A DNA stretch of 64,000 nucleotides from Bilabrum cf. latius (taxonomy: Eukaryota). Shown piece by piece: positions 26,362-42,204 of the stretch. Positions within the stretch are counted from its first letter, which is position 1, and each line of letters starts with the position of its first letter. Both the position numbers and the translations under genes were made by a program. The stretch is taken from positions 558,001 to 622,000 of the forward strand of contig OZ237761.1 in assembly GCA_965178125.1 (NCBI GenBank). The letters run 5' to 3'. The notes beneath the pieces are model-generated. The model searched no databases and was not told where the DNA came from. It was given only the letters and a program-made list of their open reading frames with translations.

Positions 26362-29300
26362 TCACCGCCGGCCACCCCTCTGCATCAAAAAGGATATCAT
26401 GTCCACGTCATCTCCGCCGCTGCCGTCATCACCATTGTCCGTGCTCGGAGTCACTTCGACCTACGTGTCCTCACGCACTCCGTGGATCAAAGCGTCGGGC
26501 TCTGCCTCGGTCCCCTGCTTTTGCCCAATTCTAGACCTGCTACATGCTGCGCTGTCATCAGGTGCCGAGAATCTCGATTCAGTTTCGACGGAATTCCTCC
26601 CTAGGATTGCACCGCTGCTTGATTCACTCGCAGGCGCCGCAGCGGATCCATCAGCCGCATCTCCAGCACCAGCAACTTTCTCACCTTCCCCAACCTCACG
26701 CTTCGCCAGGATGGCTGCCAAGCCACCAGCGGATAGCCTAGAAGAAGGCTTCGGTATCCCCAGCGCATCGATTGCGGATAGTAATGCGGCCTTCTTGAGC
26801 TGGTGCACGCCCTTGGACTTGCGGAGCGCATGCTTCATGCTCGGCACTGAGGACAGCTTGCCCGCCTGCATCAGCTCCTCCATCACAACGGCAGCGCGCT
26901 CGTGCTCTTGGCTGGCCCAGGCCATGCTGGGAGAATCGAGCCCGCTGCTGCTGCTTTCACTTGATTCGTCAGCGTGGCCAGCTCCAGTGCTCTACTCCGC
27001 GATGTGATCATGCAGCACATCTAGCAGTTGATTCGTCTTAGGCGTTGAATCCGATGGCTTGGGCAGCCCAAGCGTGGAAATGGCCTACTCGAGCGCTTGG
27101 TGCTCGAACAAGGTATTGCCATTGTAGTTCAGCTTTACAGCTTCCATGTCGGGGAAACCAGCCAGCTTGCCTGCGTTCACAAGCTTCTCCAGCACCGCGG
27201 CCACTTGCTCGTGCTTCTCACTGGGCCACTTGGGGTCAGCAGAGTCGGAATCGCCAGTGTCACTACTCCCAGAATCGCTCCCGTGGCTGCCAGATGCAGC
27301 TGCCTGGGATCTCTGCTTCGCCAGGATGGCTGCCAAGCCGCCAGAAGATAGCCTAGAAGAAGGCTTCGGCATCCCCAGCGCATCGATTGCGGATAGCAAA
27401 GCGGCCTTCTTGAGCTGGTACACGCCCTTGGACTTGCGGAGCGCATGCTTCATGCTCGGCACTGAGGACAGCTTGCCCGCCTGCATCAGCTCCTCCATCA
27501 CAACGGCAGCGCGCTCGTGCTCTTGGCTGGCCCAGGCCATGCTGGGAGAATCGAGCCCGCTGCTGCTGCTGCTCTTGGCGGTGTAGGTGCTGCTTGCAGT
27601 GCTCCTGGTGTCGTCTTGCGCACCGTCAGAAGTCTTAGATTCAGGCCTGTGCGAGATTTCCTTGCCAGTAGCTCGATCCTTGGTGGACAACGGCAAACTG
27701 CTCGTCATGGCCGGCTCTGAAGCCCCCTCTGCATCAGAGGCAGCCGTGCAAACGGCAGTGCTAGCCCCGGAACCCTGGCCATTGCTGTGTTCTCGCAGCA
27801 TTGCCAATAATGTATGCGGCCGTATGCCAGAGAAGGATGGCACGGGCAGCCCAACCGCGGCGATAGCAGCCTCAAGCGCCTCCCTCTTGAACTAGACCTT
27901 TCCCTTGCGGTAAATCTTAACGGCGTTCATGTCGGGAAAACCAGCCAGCTTGCCTGCGTTCACAAGCTCCTCCAGCACCGCGGCCACTTGCTCGTGCTTC
28001 TCACTGGGCCACTTGGGGTCAGCAGAGTCGGAATCGTCAGTGTCACTACTCCCAGAATCGCTCCCATGGCTGCCAGATGCAGCTGCCTGGGATCCAGCTC
28101 CCTTCCCGTGCGCGATCCGCGCAATGTCCGCCCGAATGCTTGAAGACTGCTGTCCGATAGCGACGACCAGGCTGGCGAAAGTAGGTCCGTGAGGCACCTC
28201 GCGGGGCTGCAGCACCTTGAAGCGATCGTCCTGCTCTGACGATGATCCAGGCTCACCCTGCTGCAACTTTTCGGACGACATGCGTCCGGCGAACAAGGAC
28301 GTTGCCTCTTTAGCCACACGGATACCATCCTTCCACTCGGTATCACCGGCGTATTTGGATGGAAGCTGTGTGAGCTGCTGCAGGATAGGCCCCCATGGCC
28401 AAGATTCTGGGTACTCGGTCCTGGGCTGGAGCTAGTCCACAGTGTCATCGACAGTGCGCACCAGGTCGACCAGCAGTCGAATCCTTCTTTCCCACTCATC
28501 AAACGCATTGACCACACGTCTACCCTCTCCACCGAACTGTTTCACGATGCTATCACGAGTTTGCTGCAGCTCGTGCCCGCTGGTCTTTCCTTCGTCGATG
28601 GCGCGCTGCAAGGCCACCGACAGCCCAGGCGTGTGGCGGAGGGAGCCAGCGAGAGGGGCCAATGGAAGTAGCAACGATGGCGATAGCAACGCATTGAGAA
28701 CATTACTGCCGTCCTTCAGCCCTAGTTGTGGCTCACTACTGGTGGAACCACCATCTGGTTGCTGCCATTCGTTGAGCTATAAAGCGACAATCGCAGCACC
28801 AACCCTCGTAGACGTGATTGACGCCAATAATTCGTCCATGCAATGCGATATCCATGTCTTCGCAAGCTGTTTGGAAGCTTTCCAACTTATTGAAGTAACG
28901 GATGGTGGCCTTGCATGATCTGCTGGCTCAGATGCGTCGGCTCGATGTTCAGCAGTTGGTGCTTGCCTGGCTGCTGCCGCGTGTTGGCCTGTTTTGTCCG
29001 CTGGAGTCGCACTAGGCACGAGGCGCTGCTTGGAAGCAAGCCTCAACCTCTTTTTAAGCTCCTACAAGTTGACTCTGACCTCGAATGCACCGCTGTCACC
29101 TCGCTTCGTCCCAGAGGGCGCTTCGCTCGTGCTCAGGCGGAAGAGCTCCCCATTCTCTCGGAGCAATTGCCTGGCAGAGAGCTTGCTCCCTCGCATGCCT
29201 CGCAGAAGCCACGAGTCGCCTGCGATCGCGCGGGCGGTCTGCTGGCTATCACTTGGCAGGCTCTCTTCCCCATCGACCGGGGCCTCCTCGCTGCCCAGCA

Positions 29301-30291
29301 GCTGTGCCACGTCCACGCCCTGGCCGCGCGTGAGGTTGACAGCAAGACGAGTGGCTAGACCCGCAGGGGAGAGTGCCCAGTCGGCCAGCTGCTGTGGCGT
29401 CGCTAGTTCGTCGTCGGATATGTCCTTCGCGCTGCAAGGCGACTCTGCCTCGCTGCCCGCAGTGTCTGCTGCCGTTGCGGAGGAGCTGGTTGCGTTGGAG
29501 CTGGTTGTACCGGACTTGGAGGCTTCAGCTTGTCCCCGCTCTGCCGTCTCAGGCGCCCACTCGGACCCGTGCAGATCACCACCAATGCTGTCAATATCCT
29601 GCAGCCAGGATTGCATCGATACAAAGTCCAGCGTGCGGGCCACTTCGGCAGGGAGCGCCCCCTCAGTGACTGCAAGCTGCGCGGGGGTCGAAGCGAGCAC
29701 GACCCTGCGGCCCATGAGCGGCAGGCGGGCCAGGGCAGGGAGCATGCGCCTCGAGTCACCGACGAATACCACCCCGTCGAGCCGCTACTCGAGATTGCCA
29801 GCCCCATCCTCTGCCCCATCCTTATACCCACCTGCACCACTGGCAGTGGCCTTGCTGCTGGCAGTGGCGGCGAATCGCCTGGCGTTCCCCTTGAGGCACG
29901 CAGGGTCCGCGGGCGGAGACTGCGCCGCGATGTACATCAACTCAGCGGCAATTGCGACGTCAGAGAGCCCCTGTGAAGCATCCTGCACGTTCTTAATGGT
30001 GGTCGGCTGCACCTGGTCCTGCACCTGCACCTGGTCCTGGTCCTGGGAGCCCACCTCTGCCTCTGAGCGCGGGCTCGAGCCGGATGCTGAGGTTGTTCCG
30101 GGGAGCCGCCGCACCAAGAGGTCGGACATCTCCAAAGTAGTGGCTACACTCGAACTAGCCCCCCCTCGGCTTGAAGGCGGTCTTTCCGAGACGAAGGCGA
30201 GGCCAGATACGATACGTGCACTCCTGCGAGTGTGGGCAGTAGGTACGCAGAACAACAGCAAGGATGCAAACTTCGTGCAATAATAAAGCAT
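26362..30291 (-). CDS. Large hypothetical protein with four C-terminal internal repeats; start may be 30291 or ~30129
   Basis: Seven track ORFs share one frame and each ends in TAG; terminal TGA at 26362. Confidence 0.72.
26700..28094 (-). repeat. Interleaved internal duplications A1-B1-A2-B2 within the CDS
   Basis: 27927-28094 matches 27144-27311 (offset 783). 27315-27572 matches 26700-26955 (offset 615). Copies are near-identical. Confidence 0.9.
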
Positions 30292-31488
30292 AAGCCCATA
30301 TGCGGTGTGAATGTCTCACATCTTTAATCTCGCCGATATTGATGCCTCGAGCTTGCTCATGGCGCGCCTGACGTTGGCTGCTTCGAATGTGAACCCGCCG
30401 CGTCTGAACTACTCCCTCAGCCAACCGCCATCAACCACAACCACTAGCTTGCAATCTTTGGAATGGGTATTACCAGTAGATAGAAACCTATCAGGGCGTA
30501 AGTGGCTTGCACCTCGCAGGGCGAGCACCCGAGTGTGCCGAAGACCAAGGCACGACCCACACAAATTCCGAACGCGTCTCGCGACTGCTTGAGTCCTGCG
30601 CTGTGCAATCAATGTGCGCGACAATGCCCGCGCATTATTTATACTGCGAAGCCCGGCCTATCTCATTATAAAGCTGCTTTTTCCAGATTTTAGGCAACAA
30701 GCACAACCCGGAAATGTATTTTTAACTCCGGACTGGATCTCATTCGAAACAGCTATAGTTGGTCATAGAGCACCACTGCACGAATAATTTGGATTCATGC
30801 TTGTCCTGAGCATCAGTTCAAGCGCTCCCTCCATCTGTGGGGCATGGCAAGATGTAGCCTGCTCACAGCGGTGCTGAGCGGGCTCAGGAAAAGGAGAGGC
30901 CTCATTCCGGCAAGTCCATCCCCGCTGCACGGCGGGCCGCACGCCGTCACTATCCCCGGTCCAATATGGCACCAACCGGCCCAGGACGGCCTGCTTGCAG
31001 CAGCCCCACCGTGCCAACGACGATGGGTCCACGGCCGGGCTGGCCCGGCCAGCACACTCCTCAGCCGGCTGCCGCTGCCCATTGTTGAACTACAGACTGC
31101 CAGTGGGACGCGCGGGGTGGCCAGCATGACCGTACGTTGCGGGTTGGCTCAAGGGTGACCTGCAAAGGGTGCCTTCTGACACCTTCATTTAGGATAGCGT
31201 GGCAATGGTCAGACATTTCGGGCCTCGTCCAGGATGTAGAATGCAGTGAATGTATTCTATAGCATTCATTAATTGAGTCGACGGCCTCCAGTCTGCTGAA
31301 AGCGGTCACGGCGATCCGTGGGTGAACGTCGTGACGCGTGTGACGGAGCCGCGATCCTGGTATTGATGCGCAGGTAGCAACACCGTGCTGATCGTTTTCT
31401 TGATGCTAGCCGATTCTAACAATATCTGGGTTCACAGGGGCTTCTGCGACTGTCCTATCCAAAAAGTGCTTTGGCCTGGCGCTTCACT

Positions 31489-33984
31489 TCACGACCTAAC
31501 CGGGGGTGCCTCGATCCCACTGCAGGCTTCGTTGAATCGGCTCACGAGCAGCTCCAGCAAGGCCGGGTGCTCTGACACAAGTGGAGATGTCAGCACACGC
31601 TCGGCAAGAACTTTGCCATCACCAGCGGAGGCGGGAGGGCCGCCGCCTGACACGCCCTTCAGGGCATCTTCCACGATCTCGGCCACATCTCCACCGGCAC
31701 CGGCGTGCTTGCCAGGGAGTGCAAACTGCATCGCGAGCACCACATGTTTGTTCTCGTCTGCCTCACCCGCAGGATGTATGGATGACCGAACCGCGTCCTG
31801 CACGGCGTTCTCAAGCATCGGGTTGCAAAAGTCGAAGCGCTTGCCCTCTCGTCTCTCCATGGCGCAGCCCGTCACTGGGGGTGGCACACTACCGGCAGGT
31901 GTGGCCGCGGCGATGTAGTGCTGCAGAGCAACAGACAACGCCCGACGGACTTGGTTCACCTCTTTGCTTGGCGAGCCATGTTCCACGAGCAGCACGCTGC
32001 TCGCGCTAGCAGAATGCCTTGCATTTACATCGCAGAAAGGCGAGGTGGTGCCGACCATTGCGCTTCTGGTAGCTTTGCCATGCTTTGAAGCTGCGATCAC
32101 TGCAGCCCCGACGTTTTCCCGAAGGATGTGAGCCAAGTGTGCAGCTCCGCTCGGAATCTCAGTTGGAGGCCTTGCCGTTTCGCTTCCTTCTGCTGCACCG
32201 ATCGCCGCCCCAGACCCCTGGGCAGCATCTTCAACCTTGACCTCGGATGTGCTCGGCTCTAGAACAGACAAGTCGACCAGCGGCCTCGCAATGGTGACAT
32301 CGCTCTGTAGCTCCGACGCAAGCACACCCCACCCACTCGACCCAAGCACTTTGCACACCTTCTCGACTTGACCAGGCAAGAACTCCTTGATGGTGCGGGA
32401 GGGTCCAAAGAACAGGGGGAGCACCACAATGGCAGGCACTCCGGCAGCTCGTCGTTTGGCACGCTGCACCCCACCGTCCTCCTAGTCCAGCATGCTCTGT
32501 GCCCTCAGTGCACCATACAGAGTCTTCGCAAACATGTCCGGGGCCTTGCCGTCTGGCATGGCTCGGACCGGCACCTTCTCGGAATGCCTCGCAGAGCACG
32601 CCTTGACGGAGGCACAGCCGCCCAGCGCCAGCTCGAGCCGCCTAGCCAGGGCGCGGAGCTGGATGTGGGCGGCCCCGCGCACCGACCCGTTGTCAACGAG
32701 AAGAACCACTGGGGAACGAATTGAGCCGAGGTAGTCGGGAAGTCTTGGCCGTTCCAGCGCCAATCGGATGCTATCCAATTCCGGCTCTGATAGCACTGCA
32801 CTTGGTGGGTAAGATTGTGCTGCGGGCGCGCCTTCTTTCTGCTTGGAGCTCCTGCTGCTGCCGCCCGCGGCCGAGGTCCCGCCCCCTCGCTTGACTCTGC
32901 CCGGGCCCCTGCGAACAGATTCGGGCACCGACGTGGCTTTGGCACAGGCGAAGATCGCTGCTTTGATCGCATCAGAAGCACCATGAAGCGGGGAAGACTC
33001 CGGTGGCATGCCCGTCCTCTCCTCTTCGATGCAAGCTCTGAGGCCTTCTCGGTACGTCGGGTAGCTGAGCTTGGCACCGAGCACGAGCTTAATCCTGCGG
33101 TTAGAGACGCGCTTGCTGTCTCCATAAAATGACTTTGCCATCGCACTCATGGCTGGCTCTGCGGCTTCGTACTTCACGACGGGAGGGGGCGGCGTGCCAG
33201 TCAGTCGGCAGGCGAGCAGATTGACAGAGTGAGCCGGGGCCGGCTCATCGTCCACAACGTTGAATATCGCCAAGCTTGCATCGGCACCTACTGTCGGACG
33301 CACCGGGGCAGTGGGTGCCAGCATGCTTCGAATCAGGACTTGGGAGATGTCGTCCACATGTGCTCGCGAGAACCACTGCCCCTCCTTATAAATGATGCGA
33401 GCGGATGACGACGCACCCGACTTGACCTTCTACTGCGGTCCACGCAGTGGGCCGTAGATGCCCGGCAGTCGGAAAATGTGAGCCGGGAGACCGCTAGAGA
33501 GCCACTGCTGCTCGCAAGCTAGCCTGCCCTTGCCTCGCTTCAAGCTTGGCTTTGGCGCGGTTGTTTCATCCACCCAAGCGCCATCCCGATTTCCGTACAC
33601 ACTAGTTGTTGATAGGTAAGCAGCCCATCGCAGCTTCTCCATGTGACCTTGAGCAGCCATGTGTCGAATGCACGGAAGGAAGGGATCTTTGCCGACATTC
33701 TCGCCAGTCTTCAGTGGCGGTGCAGTTGCCACTATGTGCGTTGCGGTTTCCAAATGCTTATACAACTCTATCGGTGAATACTCTTTGCCTTGAGGATCAA
33801 CCGATCCCTGCACTTCCACGCCACAAGACCGTAGTCGCTCCACGTACTCTCCCTTCGCTTCGTCTGCCCGTATCGTCCCAACAATGCGCCACCCTGGCAG
33901 TAGCGAACGGGCACACAGCGCAAAACGGGATCCTACATACCCTAATCCAAGTACTACAATCGTGTCTGCGCTCCTACTGCTCAT
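31489..33984 (-). CDS. Fusion protein (~831 aa): YeeZ-like NAD(P)-dependent epimerase/atypical SDR plus tandem CbiX/SirB-like chelatase domains
   Basis: N-terminal half: VLGLGYVG, YLSTTSVYG, FRLPGIYGP, FSRAHVDDI. C-terminal half: LLVDNGS...SARHS, VLPLFFGPS, LLVEHGSP, MERREG, FALPGKHAG. Joined through TAGs at 33430 and 32482; TGA stop. Confidence 0.8.
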
Positions 33985-34088
33985 TCGATGGTGTGATTGA
34001 CAATAAAAAATGCCCGTCACAGCAATCATCACACGCACAGATCTAGACCCTCCCCGCACCACAAGGAACTCAAAAATGTGCCGGCCTG

Positions 34089-38189
<4,101 letters not shown>

Positions 38190-38261
38190 TGTGTTGGTAC
38201 GTGTAGATAGCACAAACTTTCGGACTGGTGGTTGCGACAAGAGAATGAGAACGAATTATCA

Positions 38262-38902
38262 AGAAAAGAGCACCACAATCCAGTCGACACAGGGTCACAC
38301 CTAATTGGACTCCATCTCGAGGTTGGCCATGGACAGCCTAGCCCAGTAATCCTGCAGCACACGCATGCACCCATCGTGCCCGTCCACCAGAGCAGCCAGC
38401 AGAGGCGACCCCATCGCCCTCCCGCCCACATCGCCCACACACTCCAGCCCGCCTGCCAGCTTGCCCGGCTTCAGCCGCTTGTCCAGCTCCACTGGCGTGG
38501 GACGCCCGTGTTTAGCGGCGCTGAGCACCATAGCAGCGTCTTGGTAGGCGTCTATCGCGCGGCGCCAGCCCGCCAAATGCGACGCTCGTGTGTTGTATCA
38601 ACACGAAGATCTCGCCTTGCGCATGCCAAGCTTTCGGGCCTCGGTCGAGCCACTCCCGGCGTGTTGAGTCCCATGCCGTCCGCATATCATCATCTTTAAG
38701 GTCCACATTTGCCCCCCGCGCGCAACAGCGCCGCTCGCGCTGCCTCTACCTTGCCCTTCCGTCCGTTCGTGCCCCTGCTAGGAGACATTCTCGTAAGCAT
38801 TCGATCCGGCCCGAGCACGGCCGCTTGCAGCAGTCTTGCATGGCCCTGGGCATTGATTTCACTTCGTAGAAACGCCTTTGAGCGCTTTGTTAGTCCATTC
38901 AT
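38262..38902 (-). pseudogene. Degraded ankyrin-repeat-like gene fragment
   Basis: Ankyrin-like pieces (ALLRAG/ANVDLKDDDMRTAW; SPLLAALVDGHDGCMRVL) are spread over three frames, so frameshifts and not TAG readthrough are needed to join them. Boundaries approximate. Confidence 0.35.
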
Positions 38903-39017
38903 AACCAGTTGAATGCATGTATGGCAATGTCAAGCCGCACTGATTGCAGGTTCAATCGAATCTGAATTCTTGTCACACATGTGCAGACACATGAGGCAAA
39001 CGCACAGTACGACGCAC

Positions 39018-42000
39018 TCACGCGCGAGCTCCCTCACGCGCTCCTTCCTCTTCCGACTCGCTGTCCGCCCCGTTTGCCGAAGCAGCCTGCTGGCCAGCCC
39101 CCGCTGACCCAGCGGCGGCCGACCCTTCCCCGGCAGGAGCCGGCGCGGCCATGGCCTCCCTCAGCACGCCAACCACGCTGGGGAATGCGAACCACTCGGG
39201 GATGGCCTCCCCCGCCCTCATCCTCCTCCTGAACTCTGTCCCCGAGAGCTTCTGCACCTCTAGCCCCTCCGCCTTTGCCTCGCTCTCCGGCACGAAGCCC
39301 TTCTCCTCCGTGTACACCACGTTCTCGAACGTCTCGACGGTCACGCCTAGCTCGCTCGCGAACTGCTCCGCCATCACCTGCGCGTCATAGGGCCCGTGGA
39401 AGTCCTCGCCAGTCACCGTGCTCTTGGTGCCCGCCATGTCCCGCCCCACCACAAAGTGCGTCGCCCCGAAGTTCTTGCGGATGAGCAGGTGCTGGAGGGC
39501 CTCCCTGGGCCCCGCCATGCGCATTGAGTAGGGAAGGTATCCCCAGGTGATGCGCTCGTGCGGCCTCTCCCTCTGCAGTGCCTCGTAGGTTGCGATCCTT
39601 AGGGCAGGGTCGATGTCGCCCGGCTGGGTGGGCCCAGTGGTCAGGTGCACCATCATGCGTGCATCCTCGCCTTGCTTCTCGAGGGCGCGCAGCACCAGCT
39701 GGTAGTGCGCCTGATGCAAGGGGTTGCGGGCCTGGAAATACACGATGGGGGTGTCGCTTGGCCCGCTGGGGGTCATGCCGTGCATCGCCCTCACCTCCTT
39801 AGGAGTGTAGAAACGAGAGGCTGCCGCGGACCTGAACTCCTCCGCGGCCTCGGCGGACTCACCGAACCCAGCCGCCTTGGCCAGCCCGTCGGGCAGCGAG
39901 GGAACAAGGTCGGGCATCTCAAGACCGTGGAGCTTGCCGCCCACGTACACCGGGCCAGTGCCCTCGAAAAGATCAAAGACACCGGGATGGTCCATGCGAG
40001 TGGTGCCAAACAGGTGGTGCGCTTCCTTGACCTTGTCCGGCTTCCACACGTCTGCCACGTCCAGCACCGCCACGTGCTTGCCCTTGTAGGCGAGGACGAT
40101 CCGATCCCCGTCCTTGACTCGCTTTGCGGCCGCATCGGGCAGATCCAGGTTCATAGGCATGGGCCACAGCTGCTGCTCGGGCAGCCGCATGTGCTCCAGG
40201 ACACTCGTGTACTCTTCCTAGTTCATGAAACCGGTCAGCGGGGAGAACCCGCCGGACAAAAGCTGAGCAACAGACGTGGCCTGTCTCTCCGACAGCTCCC
40301 ACGTCACTCCAGAGAGGTCACCATCCTCTGTGCGGGCCGCCACATCTGCGAGCAGGTCTTGCTTCGCCTTGGCCGCCACTGCTCGTTGCTCGGGTGTGGC
40401 ATCGGGTGAGGCGGCCTCGGACCCGCCCACCATGAGATCTACCAGCTTGCCGCCGTGGGGCTCCCCGGGGATTGCCGCCCTGGTGTGGATCCCGCACTCG
40501 GTGTTTTCGTACCTCACGAAGCGGCCCGCACGCTCTGACTCGTGGGGGTACACCGGCACCGTTGTGTGGATGTCACCGAAGCTCTTGTACACGAAGACGT
40601 GCTCCGAGGGCGGGCTGCCCCTCAGTTCCTTCCGGCTCGCTCGCCAGTACGGCTTGCCAAGGTCGAATTTTTTCCAAGGGAGCGCCTCAGGCTCGTGCCT
40701 GGTCCTGGGGCACAGCCACTCGTCGTGCCTCCAAACGTAGTTGTGCGCCTTGTTGACGGGCACGTCGTGCTCATCCACGTATGCGAGCACATCCTCGAGA
40801 GACCACGACGCCATGGGATTGAAGATCTTGCGGTCTGCTTCCCATGCGTCCAGCTCCACCCGGGCGTTCCCCTGGTCTCGTCGCCTGCCGGTGATGAGGA
40901 TCTCCTTGCCCACGTCGGACAGCACGCGGTTGAACGGCTCCACCTTGGAGTGCTGGTCAAAATCCGCGTGCGAGATGGCTTCCCTGTGCCCGTGCACCCT
41001 CTCAAAATCCTCCATGGTCTCCAGTCCGATGGGCTTATACACTGTGGCCTCCCTCTCATACCTCTGCTGCATGCGAGCCATGAGCTCGTGCGTCTCGGGG
41101 AAGAGGTGGAGGGTGTCCACGGCTGCGGGGGAGAGCGGGAAAAGCAAAGAGAGTTGTGGAACGAATAGAAGCGTAGGTACGTGAATACTAGTTGGAGGCG
41201 GCCTGAACTGGAATGATCCTTCGTGCAAGACAAGTCTTCGCGTTTCGCCAATGGCTCGAGAGGCCGTGGCATCTGGCGTTCGGAAGCCACTGCAAGCACG
41301 ACGGCAGACTACCCATGGCATCATGCTGTATGTTAGCAGACAGTCATGCCTTGGATGGGTACAGCAGTCATTCGCTCGAACCCAAGGGGCCAAGGGGCAA
41401 GGCCCCGTCACACGGTTGCAAAAGGGCAACGAGTCTGCCCGCTTGCTACAAACTGATGAATTTCTCACCTACCCAGGCCATCCCGTCAAATACCTTCGGC
41501 GCATGTTTTTTAAACAAGTCCACAATCACATTATCCGTGTGAAGCCACGCTGCGAACAAAAGAGGGAAATTGCGAGGCGATACGGGTCCGTGGCAGTGAC
41601 AATGACATGCCTTCTGCCAATGCCCTTGACTAAAATGCGTCACGTCGAGCAAGGTATTATATAGTATTCGTAAATCTACATATATAATCATGACGAAGCG
41701 CCAGATCGAGCCTAGCATTGCGCGTTATGATGCGCGCCAACGCAGGGCACCAGCCAGACATGCCGACGTGTTCCAAGCCCGGCAAGTCGGGCAGACCGCA
41801 AAAAACACCGCAAAATTCGCATGCTCCCCTATCTCACCAGTCGCAAATGCTACACCCTTCCCATCTGCTGGCAGGTGGGCGCTGACCAACTCCTTGAACT
41901 CGGCTTCGAGGTCCTTGAGACGGGCCTAATCACCAGAGGCAGTGCTCGACGCAAATGACCTTGAGTAGGTTGCTGCACGCCGCACGACCCCGGCTTGACG

Positions 42001-42045
42001 AAATCGCGACACCAATGACCTAGTCTGTTGGGACAAACGCTGCAT
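39018..42045 (-). CDS. APS/PAPS reductase-ATP sulfurylase fusion with mitochondrial-type presequence; introns 41550-41837 and 41123-41468
   Basis: Spliced AFATA/WLHTD...VA/VDTLHLFPET, ITGRRRDQ, KIFNPMASW, ERAGRF, ECGIH (reductase). Then PHGGKLVDL, GFSPLTGFMN(TAG)EEY, FQARNPLHQAH, VGRDMAG (ATP sulfurylase). TGA stop. Confidence 0.92.
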
Positions 42046-42204
42046 TGTAGCTGTTGATAGCCTTCGATAGTGAGCCAAGTCAACGACGCGACAAGTTGCA
42101 ATGCAGTTCCGGTTACAAGTCGCGCGTTTCGCCGCGGCAAGGCGATGCACCCACGGCTGCGACCCACGATGAAACGCTGAAGGGGCTGTATCACAAGGAA
42201 TAAC

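Noticed and set aside
30300-31480. Possible gene between the repeat protein and the SDR-CbiX fusion
   Set aside because: Only short ORFs with no motifs, even allowing TAG readthrough.
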